From positions 5,766,001 through 5,830,000 of the forward strand of contig OZ218952.1 in assembly GCA_965112735.1 (NCBI GenBank): a DNA stretch of 64,000 bases, written 5' to 3'. This document shows positions 24,608-35,672 of the stretch, one piece after another. Made by a program: the position numbers and the translations under genes. This DNA is from Phaeosaccion multiseriatum (lineage: Eukaryota; Protista; Ochrophyta, other classes). Under the pieces are notes generated by a model that made no database searches, had not been told where the DNA came from, and worked only from the letters and a program-made list of their open reading frames with translations. The first letter of the stretch is position 1, and every line of letters begins with the position of its first letter.

Positions 24608-27600
24608 CTACCAGTGGCTGTACGGAAACAGGCGATCGGCAATGAAGGGCCGCCTGTCCTGTGTTTGGTGGGTCTTGGTGTTGAAGTAGGTAATCACTCG
24701 TCGGCTGGGGTCCAACTTCTTGAGCCAGTCCTCGGTAAGGGCCCTTCTCGCCCTTCGTCTTGCTATCCACTGCCTGGCGAAGCACTGGACCACCTGCAGG
24801 GCAAAGTCCAGATCCTCGTCATCCCAAAGCGAGAGGTGCTCCTCAAAGGCCTCTTGGTCAAGGCGGAACCCTTTGGGTAGGGCTGCCAAAGCGGCCTCCT
24901 CTGCTGCTCTCGCGGCGTCGAGCTCTGCCTGCGCTGCCGCAGCTGCTGCTCTCTGAGCGAGAGCCTCTCGGAGAGGATCCTCAGCACTCATGAGCTCGGC
25001 TTCGAAGGTGCGCGCCTGCCACTCTCGCACCTCGTCGTACAGGGCCTCGCCTAGCCACCAGTCGGAAATGCGGATGAGGATGCACACCGCGCCCTGTATA
25101 TGTGTGTCCAAGCCAAACGAGAGAAAGAGGCATACATATGGGAGGAGGGTTGAGTTCGGGATGGTTGATGGACTTGAAACGCTCCCTCCCTCCACTTACC
25201 GCCTCCGCGACGACGCCCTCTTGCCGTGCCTGGCGCTCTTCCTCAAACGCCGCGCGCTCTGCCTTGGCCGCGAGGGCCCCGAGGAGGGTGTGGCTGAGTT
25301 CCGCTAGCACTGCCTCCACTACGCACTCCGCCACTCCGTCCACCTTGGCTCCTCGTTGGCTCCGCACCTCCTCCTTGAGCATCCTTGCCTCCCGCAAGAG
25401 GCCCTCCCAGCGCTCTTCGGACAGTCTCTTGCTCGCTTCCTGAAGGGTGAAGGGTGAAGGGTGAGGGGTGAAGGCTTTAGGCTTGAGGTTGAAGGGCCTG
25501 GCTGCAGGACGGGCAAACGAGTGACACCGCACCTGCGCGAGCTGTCGCTCCTTCTTTTCCTTTGCGGCCGTGTACCTCCAGCCAAGATCGGAGGCCCAAA
25601 ACCCGGCGGAAATCTGGTCGTGGAGATAGAGCAGCACGCGCCACTGGAGCAAGTCGAACATGCCTGATGAGGCAGCGAGGAAGGTAGGCAAGGGGGGCTT
25701 TGAGGCATGCCAAGAGAAGGCAGGTGGCAAGTAGTCTCATCCTGCCGCACACGCACCCTTCTCCACCCTGCTCTTTTCCTGCGTCATGCCCAAAAAGCCG
25801 TGTCGCTCGGAGCGGGTAGGGCTGCCCTCCATTTTCGGCCTGCAGTCACAGCGCGGGGCAACGGAAAAGGGAGAGAGCGTAGGACAGAGAAAGCTGTGTC
25901 AGCGAGCGAGTAGCTACTAACTACCAGAAGAGCACAGCAGTAGCGGGGGCAGGGTAGGGCCGCCATCATACCTGAGCCCAGAGAGAGTCTTGCACAGCGC
26001 CGGGAGGAGGTCTGAAGGGACCCACGCCTTCTGCAGGCTGTAACCGTCTAGGTACTTGCGGTACACCTCGAAGGCCTGTCGAACAGCACATGTTTGTCAT
26101 TTGTGAGAGCCTGCTCTCTCCCATCCGTAGCTAGAGCGAGCAAGACTTGACCCATTAACACATCCACCCACCTCGAACTGGAAGGCCGGGTCGTCACTGC
26201 GCACGGCTCTCCACTTATTGATGGCTCTCCACAGCTCCATCGTGTTGAGCATCTCCCCCGGCCCCCAAGTGCGCAAAATGTACAGAGACAGCACCTCCCA
26301 CCCACTGCCCTCATCGCGCAGCGCCAGGTCGAAGCGAGCCAGCGTGGGGGGGTGCTCCTCCAACGAGTGCGACTCCAGGGCTCGGTCTCGTCGAGGGTCG
26401 GCAAGCGTCGAGCCAGGTTCAGCAAGGCCTCTCTCGCCCTTTCGCTTGTCCGTCGCAACGTGACGGCGAAGCTTGGCCTCAATCTCAGCCTATGGGATTT
26501 GATTCGGTGAGAGTGAGATGGGACATGTGAGAGAGAGCACTTTCCTCTCGTTGTGCAAATGACCAAGGACCAAGTGTTGGAAGCATCACCACATCACCTG
26601 AGCCTGCACGCTCGCCCAATGCTGCAGATAGTGCTCTTCCAGGACAAAGCCCTTCCCGCAAAGGGGGTCGCAGCACTGGTAAGGGGGAGAGAGAGAGCCA
26701 AACAAGTGGCAGTTACAGAAGATGGGTGAGTGACTCAGGAGCAAGAAGCAGCTAGGCCCCTCTTTCGCCTCTCCTCTGACTACCTTGAAGGCTGGCGGCC
26801 CCCTTCCGGTCACTCCCTCGGCTTCAAAGTCGTGCGCGACGCTCCTCCGGGCCTCCCTCATGGCCTCAAGCAAAATACGCTCCTTGGCCTCGTGGAGCAG
26901 TCCACGCGAAGTGCCGCCGAAGCCTCCTCTTCCACCGCCGTCCGCCCCTAGTGTTGTGAGCGTGAGGGAGGGCCTATGTCGGCCTAGGCTTAGCGCCAGC
27001 TGATCCTCCTGCCTGATACGCTTCATCTCCTGCCGGAGCTGCTTGAGGCCACGCCCGTACCGCCACTTGGCCTCAAGCTTGCGCTTCGCCTCGGCCTGCG
27101 CCTGCCCCACCTGCTCGTTGAGGAGATCCTGTCGAGCCCTCTCTCTTCGCATGCGCAGTCGTACATCCTTGTCCTTGGCGTTGTTGACATACTCTGCCAC
27201 GACGGCATTGTGGTTTCTCTTGAGGGTGTCTCGCACCAGTTGCCGCGCCTTTTTGCCTCGCAGCAGCCGCGTGAGGCTGTCAATGATCCGCTTCAAGATG
27301 CGATAGCTCACTCGCTGCCTCATACCACGCCAGTGAGACTTTTAACGTTTCGGGATCGATCAGGGTTGGGAGAGCGGGAGGGTGTACTATTAGAGGAGAG
27401 AGAGAGAGAGAGAGAGAGACGGCATCGTTTTCGTTCCTTGCCTAGAAGCACTTTCTCTCACCTGGCACCACACAGCCACGAAGTTTGCCTTGCGGTCAAA
27501 TTTTCTCGCCAGCACAAAGTGTTGCCACGAAATGAAAGCCGGGGCCTGAATGGTTCGCTTGAACATGCTGCGCGCCGAGCGGCACACGTCGCGGTACAGT

Positions 27601-29766
27601 ACCCAGCTATGGAAGCACCTCGTCTGGCACCGGTGCGTGAGGCGGTGCAGAGCCTTCGCCATCTTGTCTCGTTTCTCCCCCTGCACCAAGTGGTGAAACT
27701 GCACCCAGCGCCCGAAGTACTCTTTGCGGTGGGTGTAGGTAAACGGGGGGAGGAGGCAAGAAGAGAGACATGTCATCAAAGGAGAGACTTGTAGGGAGCC
27801 ACCATGCACAAGAAGCTGGTACTGTGTGTGGCGGTCTGTCTTTCTACTCACGTTTGCCGTTGCCCGAGACGGAGCTGCACAAATGAGCCCGCATGAACCG
27901 CTTCACCTTGTATTTTTGCTTCCAAAGCCTGAAGCGCTCCCTCATGACGGCCAGCCTACCCCACTTGCCCCGCAGACGCAAGAGGGGCGCCCAGCGGCAG
28001 CGACAGGAGTAGCCTCTGTAGCAGGCCTGTGTGTGATATTGTGTGGTGAATTGCTTGACTCTTTAGGGGTCCTGTCCTTCCCACCACCGAAGAGACTCTA
28101 CCCTTCTTACCTGGATGCGGGTGGCTTGCCTTCTCCTGTGCGCCTTCTTGGGCGGCCACAGCACTTTCCACATGTTCTGAATGACACGTGTTGGACTGTC
28201 AACCTCCTCGAACAGGACCTTGCCGGGTCGGGCCGTCAGGCTGAAGCGCGCCTCATCAAGGGGCCAGAAGTTGCTGGCCAGAGTGACGTACAACTCGTAG
28301 TCTCGCTGCCGCTCCCAAGCCTCCGTGTATAGCTCCAAGTGTCGCTGAGAGCAGTAGAGACACGACGAAAGAGAAACCGCTTGAAACAGACGGAGTGATG
28401 GGCTCATACCCAGGAAAGCGCTTCTCCCTCCCACCTACCTGCATGCGCTCCTCTCTAAACATGCTACGCTTCTCCTCCTGCGCATGGGCTTTCTGTTCCG
28501 TTGTAATGATGGCCTGCCATCGCACAATTCGACGCTCCAGGGGAAGGCGGCGTAGCTCGGCCAGTAGATGAGCTCGCTTCCCCGCCGCACGGATCCTCGC
28601 AGTCTGCAGAGCCAGAGGGCGAGAGTCAAGGAAGCTGACGACAACAAGCACACAGTGGGACAGCAGGGTGGTGACAACCACGCTTACCTCTGCTAGAGCC
28701 AAGCCGTCCCCCTGCCCATTGCTGCTGCTGCTGCCGGAACGGGGGCTACTGGGCACGCCCACCTGGGAACGCAGCCAAGAAACCAAATGAGAAGCCCAAG
28801 AATGGGGAGCGAGAGGCTGGCTGCCCATTTCACTGACCTTCGCTCCCTCCGTCCTCGCGAACCAGTAGCGGTACTGCCCGCCTGCCTCCTTGAGCTGTGC
28901 AGCGCAAGCCTCCCGGACAGCAATTCGGACCATCTCCTGCGGCACACGCGTGCTCACCTCACCCGCCAGCAAAGAGCTTCCGATCTGGGCATGGAAGACC
29001 GTCCGCTCCTTACGCAGCGCTGTGATCGTCAAACGAGCGGAGGAGTGTGAGGTGCGGTGACCCCTCCTCCCTCCCTCTCTCGTCGGAAGAGGATCGTAAC
29101 ACATATCGCTCACCTCTCTCCAAGCTCCTCACTTCCCGCACGCTATCCTCAGGCATGAGCACGTATGCTGTTCCATGGCTGCTGCCGACCCGGTCAGACT
29201 TCCCTCTTGTGCTCAAAGACGCTTTGCTACTACAAGCCGTCCCCGCCCTGGAAGGAGGCTTCCCACGACCCCTTTCCGGACCCCGCTGACCACCTCTCTG
29301 CCGCTGCTCCGGTTCGGCCGGCTCGTCCCGCTTCCAGTACGCCCAGATGGGCTCATTGGGCATCCGCTCCTGCGGCTGGAACAGCTTCTGAGGCTCGACA
29401 CGCCTGTAGAGGTCAACACATCATGCAACTGGCTGAGGGACCTTCGGATTGAACGAATTTGACCAGATAGGCAGGGTCGCACCTGAAGGCTCTCCTGGCC
29501 TTCTGCTCCACCTGGGGCCCTCCAACCACACCGAGATGCGCATCCAGGCGTATGTCAACGTTCTCAGCCTGCGGCACGTATTGATACTGTTCCTCATACT
29601 CCCTGACCTTTGCCGCGTGCGCTCGATTCACCCACGCTGATCGTATCGGGCCATTCTCCTTGATGGGGAAGACAGCCAGCGGGCACGCCACTGCTTCCGT
29701 CCGGCAGCGTTTCCGGGATGCTCGCCCAACCTGGTCGGGCTGCTGAATGCTCGGCAAGACCGTCAT
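24608..29766 (-). CDS. Large multi-exon protein with IQ/Sfi1-like repeats, C2H2 zinc finger, RGS-like domain and C-terminal IQ plus WW-like motif
   Basis: IQ-like RQATRIQ and VVQCFARQWIARRRARR. W-periodic KEYFGRWVQF...RCFHSWVLY...AFISWQHF. C2H2 YQCCDPLCGKGFVLEEHYLQHW. RGS-like pattern at about 25570-26350. WW-like DWLKKLDPSRRVITYFNTKTHQTQDRRP. The 5' boundary and a single-gene model are uncertain. Confidence 0.55.
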
Positions 29767-29974
29767 TCGATTTGATGATAGTTTCTTCGTTTCTTCAGGG
29801 CTGCTTGGGGGGGTGCGGGTGTTGGTGCTCCAAAATTTTCTGTAACGGCATCCTCCTCTTCCCCTTTGCTTTTTTTTCCTCCATTCTAGCCTTTATATAT
29901 TTCGCCCTGCCTGGAACCTCAGGCAAGCTATGAAGCTCTCGACATGGTGAGGTGAAAGGAAAGAGAGAGAAGCA

Positions 29975-31747
29975 ATGTACTACGCGCTTCATGTGCTTCT
30001 TTGTGGGCTGGTACTTTTGCTCGAGGACAGTCATGGAGCCATCACTCCATGGTGGTATGGCGTGCACTCCACAGCGACCGATACCTGCTACGATTCCTCC
30101 ATTAGTGACTATCGCCCCTGTCATGAACTGGGCTGTGGATTTGAGGGACTTAATCCATGCCAAGACCTCTTTGAAGGGTGCCTTTTTGCCACCTACGAGG
30201 CGAAGGACGACTGGTTCGACCGTATAGTCGACAATGATATGCCAAGCTACAGGCTTCCGCCTGCCGGAGAGAACGCCACAATCATCACCGACGAGCCGCT
30301 CTATCACGTGCTGTTGGATACCCCGCTTTACAACTGTAGTGTGGACATGGGCGGTGTTGCCATCAATTTTTGCTATGAGGTTCAGACCCCAATCTCTGGT
30401 ACCTTGTACAGGCACGTGGAGTGTTCGGAGGCTGACACATACGATAATTTGAGGAAGGATATCGCCTCAGAATGGTGGTCTGAAGCAATAGATTCGGAAG
30501 GCAATACCTTTTCTATGGCTGACGCATTCAACACGACGGCGGGGGCTGACGGGTACTCGCGCGTGCAGATGAACTATCTCGACCCCGACAGGGCAGTTTC
30601 TTTTTACTCGGCATCGATGGGGCAAGCAGTGAAGCTCAACCTCACGTGTAGCCACAGCAGCAGCAGTAGCAGTAGCAGTGCTCCACCGAATGTTACGTCC
30701 TCGTGCGTGTACTTTGAAACGAAGGCCACAAACTGGAGTCCGCCGCTGCTCAATCAGACGGCGCTGAATGTTTCGTATCGCTTCGACGCGCCTGCCGCGT
30801 TCCCAATTGTGCCTCAAGAGGAGGCATATCACTACTTGACCAACAGCGAGGCGGGTGATGTGATTCACAACGAAACGAACATTGTGAAGCGGACGGGTGA
30901 GGACACTGCCTCCGATTGTTGGGGGGAATACGCTCAGTACCAAGGAGAGGGCGGGGAGTGGTACCACACATTCCCGGGAACGGATGGCGCCTCGTATGCT
31001 CTGAACCACACTTTCTACGTTTCACAGCACTCGCTTACAACGAGTGTTGTGCAATCAGTGTACGACCCCACAATGAACGATACGCTGTGGGGCCGCAATT
31101 TGCGCCTTCGGATCAAATGCGATACGCTGCTCGATGAGCTTAGCTTTGGTTGGGTTTACTTTGCGACGGGGGGCTTGGACTCGTTTTCGTGTGATGAAGA
31201 TGTCGCCGGTATTATTTGCGACTTTTCACCCACACCAGCACCCGCTGTCGTAGCACCCACCCCAGCTCCCGCCGACGGGGTAAACTCGAGCGGCAACGGT
31301 ACATCTGTATCGCTCGAGGTGGGGTTGGTGATCGCGGGAGCTGTTGTACTCTTCATCGCAGCAGCTGCCTTTTACGTTCTCAACCACCGCCACGTGGGTG
31401 GGGCAAAAATTGAACCCACAGCTCCGCGGGAGGGTTTGAGCGACGAGACTGCGGAACAGAAGAAACGGAGGCTCAGCTTAGTAGGGGGAGAAGCAGCACA
31501 TCCGTTAGTGGCAGGCCAGGGAGGAGACTCTCCAGCAGCAGCAGACGCACTGCATGCCTTTGACGCAGACGCACTGCATGACTTTGACGGTGGTGGCGGG
31601 ATCATGATGGACGACGAGGTAGAAGCACAAGCAGTAAGTGGCATCGAATCCATAGAGCAAGGTCATCGAGACGTTCATGGGGACTTCAAGACCATGCAGC
31701 TAGACGGGGAGGAGCACACGGAATGGGAAACGGAGCATGAAGGATAG
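29975..31747 (+). CDS. Uncharacterised single-exon type I membrane glycoprotein (590 aa)
   Basis: Uninterrupted ORF with a signal peptide (MYYALHVLLCGLVLLLEDSHG), a Cys-rich ectodomain with many NxT/S sequons, a PT/PA stalk, a TM helix VGLVIAGAVVLFIAAAAFYVL and an acidic cytosolic tail. Confidence 0.8.
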   Translation: MYYALHVLLCGLVLLLEDSHGAITPWWYGVHSTATDTCYDSSISDYRPCHELGCGFEGLNPCQDLFEGCLFATYEAKDDWFDRIVDNDMPSYRLPPAGENATIITDEPLYHVLLDTPLYNCSVDMGGVAINFCYEVQTPISGTLYRHVECSEADTYDNLRKDIASEWWSEAIDSEGNTFSMADAFNTTAGADGYSRVQMNYLDPDRAVSFYSASMGQAVKLNLTCSHSSSSSSSSAPPNVTSSCVYFETKATNWSPPLLNQTALNVSYRFDAPAAFPIVPQEEAYHYLTNSEAGDVIHNETNIVKRTGEDTASDCWGEYAQYQGEGGEWYHTFPGTDGASYALNHTFYVSQHSLTTSVVQSVYDPTMNDTLWGRNLRLRIKCDTLLDELSFGWVYFATGGLDSFSCDEDVAGIICDFSPTPAPAVVAPTPAPADGVNSSGNGTSVSLEVGLVIAGAVVLFIAAAAFYVLNHRHVGGAKIEPTAPREGLSDETAEQKKRRLSLVGGEAAHPLVAGQGGDSPAAADALHAFDADALHDFDGGGGIMMDDEVEAQAVSGIESIEQGHRDVHGDFKTMQLDGEEHTEWETEHEG

Positions 31748-31807
31748 TAGAAACCAATGTATATATCACGCATTGCCTTGAAAACTCTATCAAGCGTAGC
31801 AGTGGTA

Positions 31808-32628
31808 CTATGTGCCTTGAAACGCCTTGAGCGTAACGGTAAAATCGAGCGTTGCGTGTGGGGGGATGTCTGGTGCGGAGCCCTTGGCTCCGTAGCCGAG
31901 TTTCGGAGGGCAAACGATCCGTCGTTTCTCTTTGAGACACATGCCCAACACGCCTTGGTCCCAGCCCTTGATCACCTCCCCAGCCCCAACTTGAAAGGAA
32001 AAATCAGAGCTGGCGTCAAACTGACTGCCGTCCATCAGCTTCCCCACATAAGCAACGGACACCATATCGCCATGGTCCACAACACGAGAGGGGTCCGTTC
32101 CTGGATTTAAGGTCTCAATCGCAACTCTATCTTCCTCTGGTACTTCATACTCAGGATCTCCTGCGACACTGAACCTTTGCCCCTCCTTGATCAGCACCCC
32201 CTGCTCCACACCCTTCTTGAGAGCCTGTGAGGAAGGAGGGGCAAGGGGATGGTCAAGGAGGAGGACTCTGGGGATGTAGACATGGGAGGGCAGCTTCCAC
32301 TCCCACCCTCCGTGACCATTCACCTCTGATCCCATCGACTGGGAGTAGCGTATCACCCATTTCCCACTGGTACGTCTTCTTCTTCTTCTTCTTCTCCCTC
32401 TCCCCCTCCCTCTTCCTTTACCTGCTTGAAAGCGTTTGCATTCTCCAGCTGAAACTGCGACTTTGTGGCCTTGGCAAGGGCCTGTCTACTGCTTCCCCCG
32501 GCATCCTTCAAGAGGCGGATGGCGAAAACCAACTTCTCGAGCACCGTCTTTGGCGAGGCGGCCGCTGATCTCTTCTTGGGCTTCGTGATCGCACCCCCGC
32601 GGCCTCGAGCTGCTTTCCGCTTGTCCAT
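31808..32628 (-). CDS. Linker-histone H1/H5 globular (H15) domain fused to FKBP-type peptidyl-prolyl isomerase, 2 exons
   Basis: An intron at 32225-32421 joins [22 protein letters not shown]...[21 protein letters not shown] (H15) to [18 protein letters not shown]...[15 protein letters not shown]...LGYG...IPPHATLDF (FKBP). Confidence 0.85.
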
Positions 32629-32777
32629 ACTCCTCAAAGCTCCTTTCCGGACGGAGTATCTGATCTCGCAGAGAAAGAGAAGAAAGGTTGGAAGTCTGCG
32701 AGTTGGTGATACAACCTTCCTGGCAACGCCCTCGATTTTATATCCGCCCGAGAGAAGCCCGAGAAGCACAGCTCGCC

Positions 32778-34529
32778 ATGCCGTTCATAGTAGCTGGTGA
32801 TGTCGGGGGGACCAACTCCCGCTTCATGCTCCACACGGTCTCTTGCGACATGAGATCTCTCAAGGGACACAAGTACGTTCTCCCGTCGGTCTTCCCGTCC
32901 TTTTCGTTCTTCATTCCCGCTCTACTGGTGCCGTCCTCACTATATAATGCTGATTCCAAGCCTGCGGTTTTTCGTCTCGCGCTCTTGCTTAGGGCGCCGG
33001 GCGAAAAGGTTTTCAGCAAGGAGTATACCAACGATGGAGTTGGTGAGTTTATCGATCAACTCAGACGCTTCTTGAGCGACGCCGAGTGCAGCAGCCCTCC
33101 AGTGGTGGCGTGCATCGCCATCGCGGGGCCTGTGGTCGAAGACAGGGTGACAATGACCAACCGTGAATGGGTCATTGACGGCAGGGAGGTGAGCTGCCGT
33201 CTGGTCCGAGAGGATGATAGCGCACCGCCTCACTCCCAACTCTCTCACTCACTCCCGGCGCCCATTAGATCGAGCGGCAGCTGGGCATCAAATCCGTTCG
33301 TCTGGTGAACGATTTTGTGGCCGCTGGGTATGGCTTGCTGACCTTGGATGTGGACACCGAGTGCGCTACGCTGCATAAGGGCAAGCGGATTGCCGGTGCC
33401 CCCATCGCCTGCCTGGGGGCCGGGACGGGGCTGGGGGAGACGTACCTGACGTGTCCCATTGGACGGGGAAGCGGTATGGACTACGACTGCTTTCCTTCGG
33501 AGGGAGGGCATGCAGAGCTTGCTCCTAGAAACGACCTCGACTACAGAATGATTCGGCACATTACGGTCAGTGTGCTTGCTCCACGTCAACAAGCCCACGG
33601 AGCTTCCCAACCCTAACCTACCCACCCACCCCCCAACTCCGCACAGGAGACGCTCGACATCACGCGCTGTTCCGTAGAGCGTGTGGTGAGCGGAAAGGGC
33701 CTTGAAAACGTCTACAACTTTCTCGCCGACGAGTTTCCAGAGCGGGTCAATGCCCAGGTACAACAGGGGCGCAGGAGACGTGTGGTGCCTCAAGCAACCT
33801 TTCTTTACACACCGCCACACTCTCTCCCTCACCCTGTCCAAGGTGCACCTCGAGATAAAAGGCGGGGGAGACCAGAAGGGGAAGATCATCGCCGAGAACT
33901 CCCAACAGGAGGGCTCCCTCTGCGAGCAGGTAGGTGGTTCCTTGCGTCCTTCTCTTGTATCGCCGGTGAGAGCACGCTTTCATCGCTTCCGATCACTTCC
34001 CTCCCTCCCCTGACCCCAGGCCATGAACATTTGGGCTGAGCACTACGGCGCGGAAGCGGGCGTGCAAGCGCTCAAGTACATTCCTCACGGAGGCCTCTTC
34101 CTTGCCGGAGGCCTCACGCCCAAGAACCTCGACCTGCTGCAGAGGGGCGGCGCGGATGGCGTGTTCCTCAGGGCTTTATTCGCGAAGGGGCGCGTGTCAC
34201 CCATCTTGAAGGACATCCCCATCTACGCCGTGCTGAAGGAGGACATCGGCCAGAGAGGGGCACACTTGGTCGCCTTTAAGGTGAGTGCGTGAGCGTCCGA
34301 GAGAGAGAGAGTGAGAGAGAAAGGGGAAGGCCTCCCTCGCTCTGCTGACGCTGCTTCGCCCTCGCCCCCAACGCTCCTCTTGCTGTGAAAGCTTTTCTTG
34401 CGAGAAGACACGGAGGCCATGGTCACGAGGAACCATGTGTGGAGCCTCACTCGACTAGGGGCAGTGGCCACATTCGCCGCCCTGGTGGGAGTGGCCCTAG
34501 GCCGGATAGCATCAGCTGCAAGCCACTGA
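32778..34529 (+). CDS. glk: Bacterial-type glucokinase (Glk family) with C-terminal transmembrane anchor, multi-exon
   Basis: Motifs IVAGDVGGTNSR, ACIAIAGPV, MTNREWVIDG, LVNDFVAAGYG, LGAGTGLGE, PSEGGH, SVERVVSGKGL, GGLFLAGG. The last exon ends WSLTRLGAVATFAALVGVALGRIASAASH*. Confidence 0.93.
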
Positions 34530-34787
34530 CAAAGACAACGCATTCCTTCACCTAAGAGCATTTATTAGGGGCACACAAATTTAATTGCGCACCTCTCTCC
34601 TCTCCCGTTTGGGGCGGAGGAGGGAACTCCACACAATGTACACCCAATTTTGGCCGAAAAAGCAGCTGCAGCGACGAATTACCCTAAGTCGCCCCGCCCC
34701 CCCTACCCGGCTGCACCACTCGACATTGAACCGCCCCAACCCCTCCCATCTATGTATTTACAGTAACTCGGCAGCACATGACACACA

Positions 34788-35672
34788 TCACATTGTGCTG
34801 TAATAAACGGTGGTGACGAAGCGCTGTTTGTACCGCTGCGTCATGCCCAGCACCATCATACCGTCCTTGATTGCCGTGCAATACAAGTGATTCAGAGCTA
34901 CGTGCTGCGGCACCGGCAGCGACGTGGGGTCGCTGGTGGGGGGGTTCTTATTCAGTATAATGTGCCGGAGGTGGGGAGGCAGCGGGGGCGGCTCCTTGGT
35001 GTACTCGTCCAGGTCAGGTGTGAACTGACCATAGTCTTCATCCAGAGTCTCCTTGTTCCTGAGGGGAGCAAGCGTGGAGGAGCAGTCACAACAACGTAAG
35101 CCCGCTCGTACCTGCAAGGCCCCCCTCTCTAGTGTCCTCCCTCCAACCCCCGGCTCAACTCACCTGTTGGCCTCAAAGTCGTCCTCGCCAGTGTACGACT
35201 TGAAGTCGCTAACGTCGATAAAGTTGTTCACCCTGCCCTCAATGTCCGCCACAGTGGGCTGATCTGGCGCGAACCGCCACTCGTCGTCTACAATGAACTT
35301 GAAGGCATGCTTGCCCTTCTTCAGATTGTGCACGTACGTAAAGTCATTGCCGCTGCGGTGCATGGGAATCTGCCTCTCCCAGTTGTTGAAGGTGCCTGTA
35401 ATGTACACCTGCCGGCCTCCATGCTCCCATCGAAAGACAGTTGGCACCACCTCCTCTGCGCTCTCGTCGTCCTTCCCCTCCACATCCATGTCGTCTCCAG
35501 TGCCGCCCCCATCACTCATCTCCTGCTGCTGCTGTCCTGCAGGGAGCCCGATCACAAAGTCTGCGCTGCTGAATGCTCCTGGGGCACCGGGCGCCGTCCT
35601 CGTCTCCCCATAGCCGCCGTACACCTCAGAGCGCTCTCCCCCATCCCCCTCCTTCCCCGCCGACGCTCCCAT
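34788..35672 (-). CDS. PRKAB: AMPK/SNF1 regulatory beta subunit, 2 exons
   Basis: Myristoylation-type start MGASAG. CBM48 domain VPTVFRWEHGGRQVYITGTFNNW...FKFIVDDEWR. ASC domain EPPPLPPHLRHIILN...LPVPQHVALNHLY...RYKQRFVTTVYY. Confidence 0.96.

Noticed and set aside
25441-25475. (TGAAGGG)n run, and CTAACCCTAACC at about 2262, as possible interstitial telomere repeats
   Set aside because: Only 2-5 degenerate copies inside introns; consistent with ordinary slippage repeats.
32778-34529. Recent horizontal transfer of the bacterial-type glucokinase
   Set aside because: The gene has several spliceosomal introns and host-like composition, and Glk-type enzymes are the usual form in stramenopiles.
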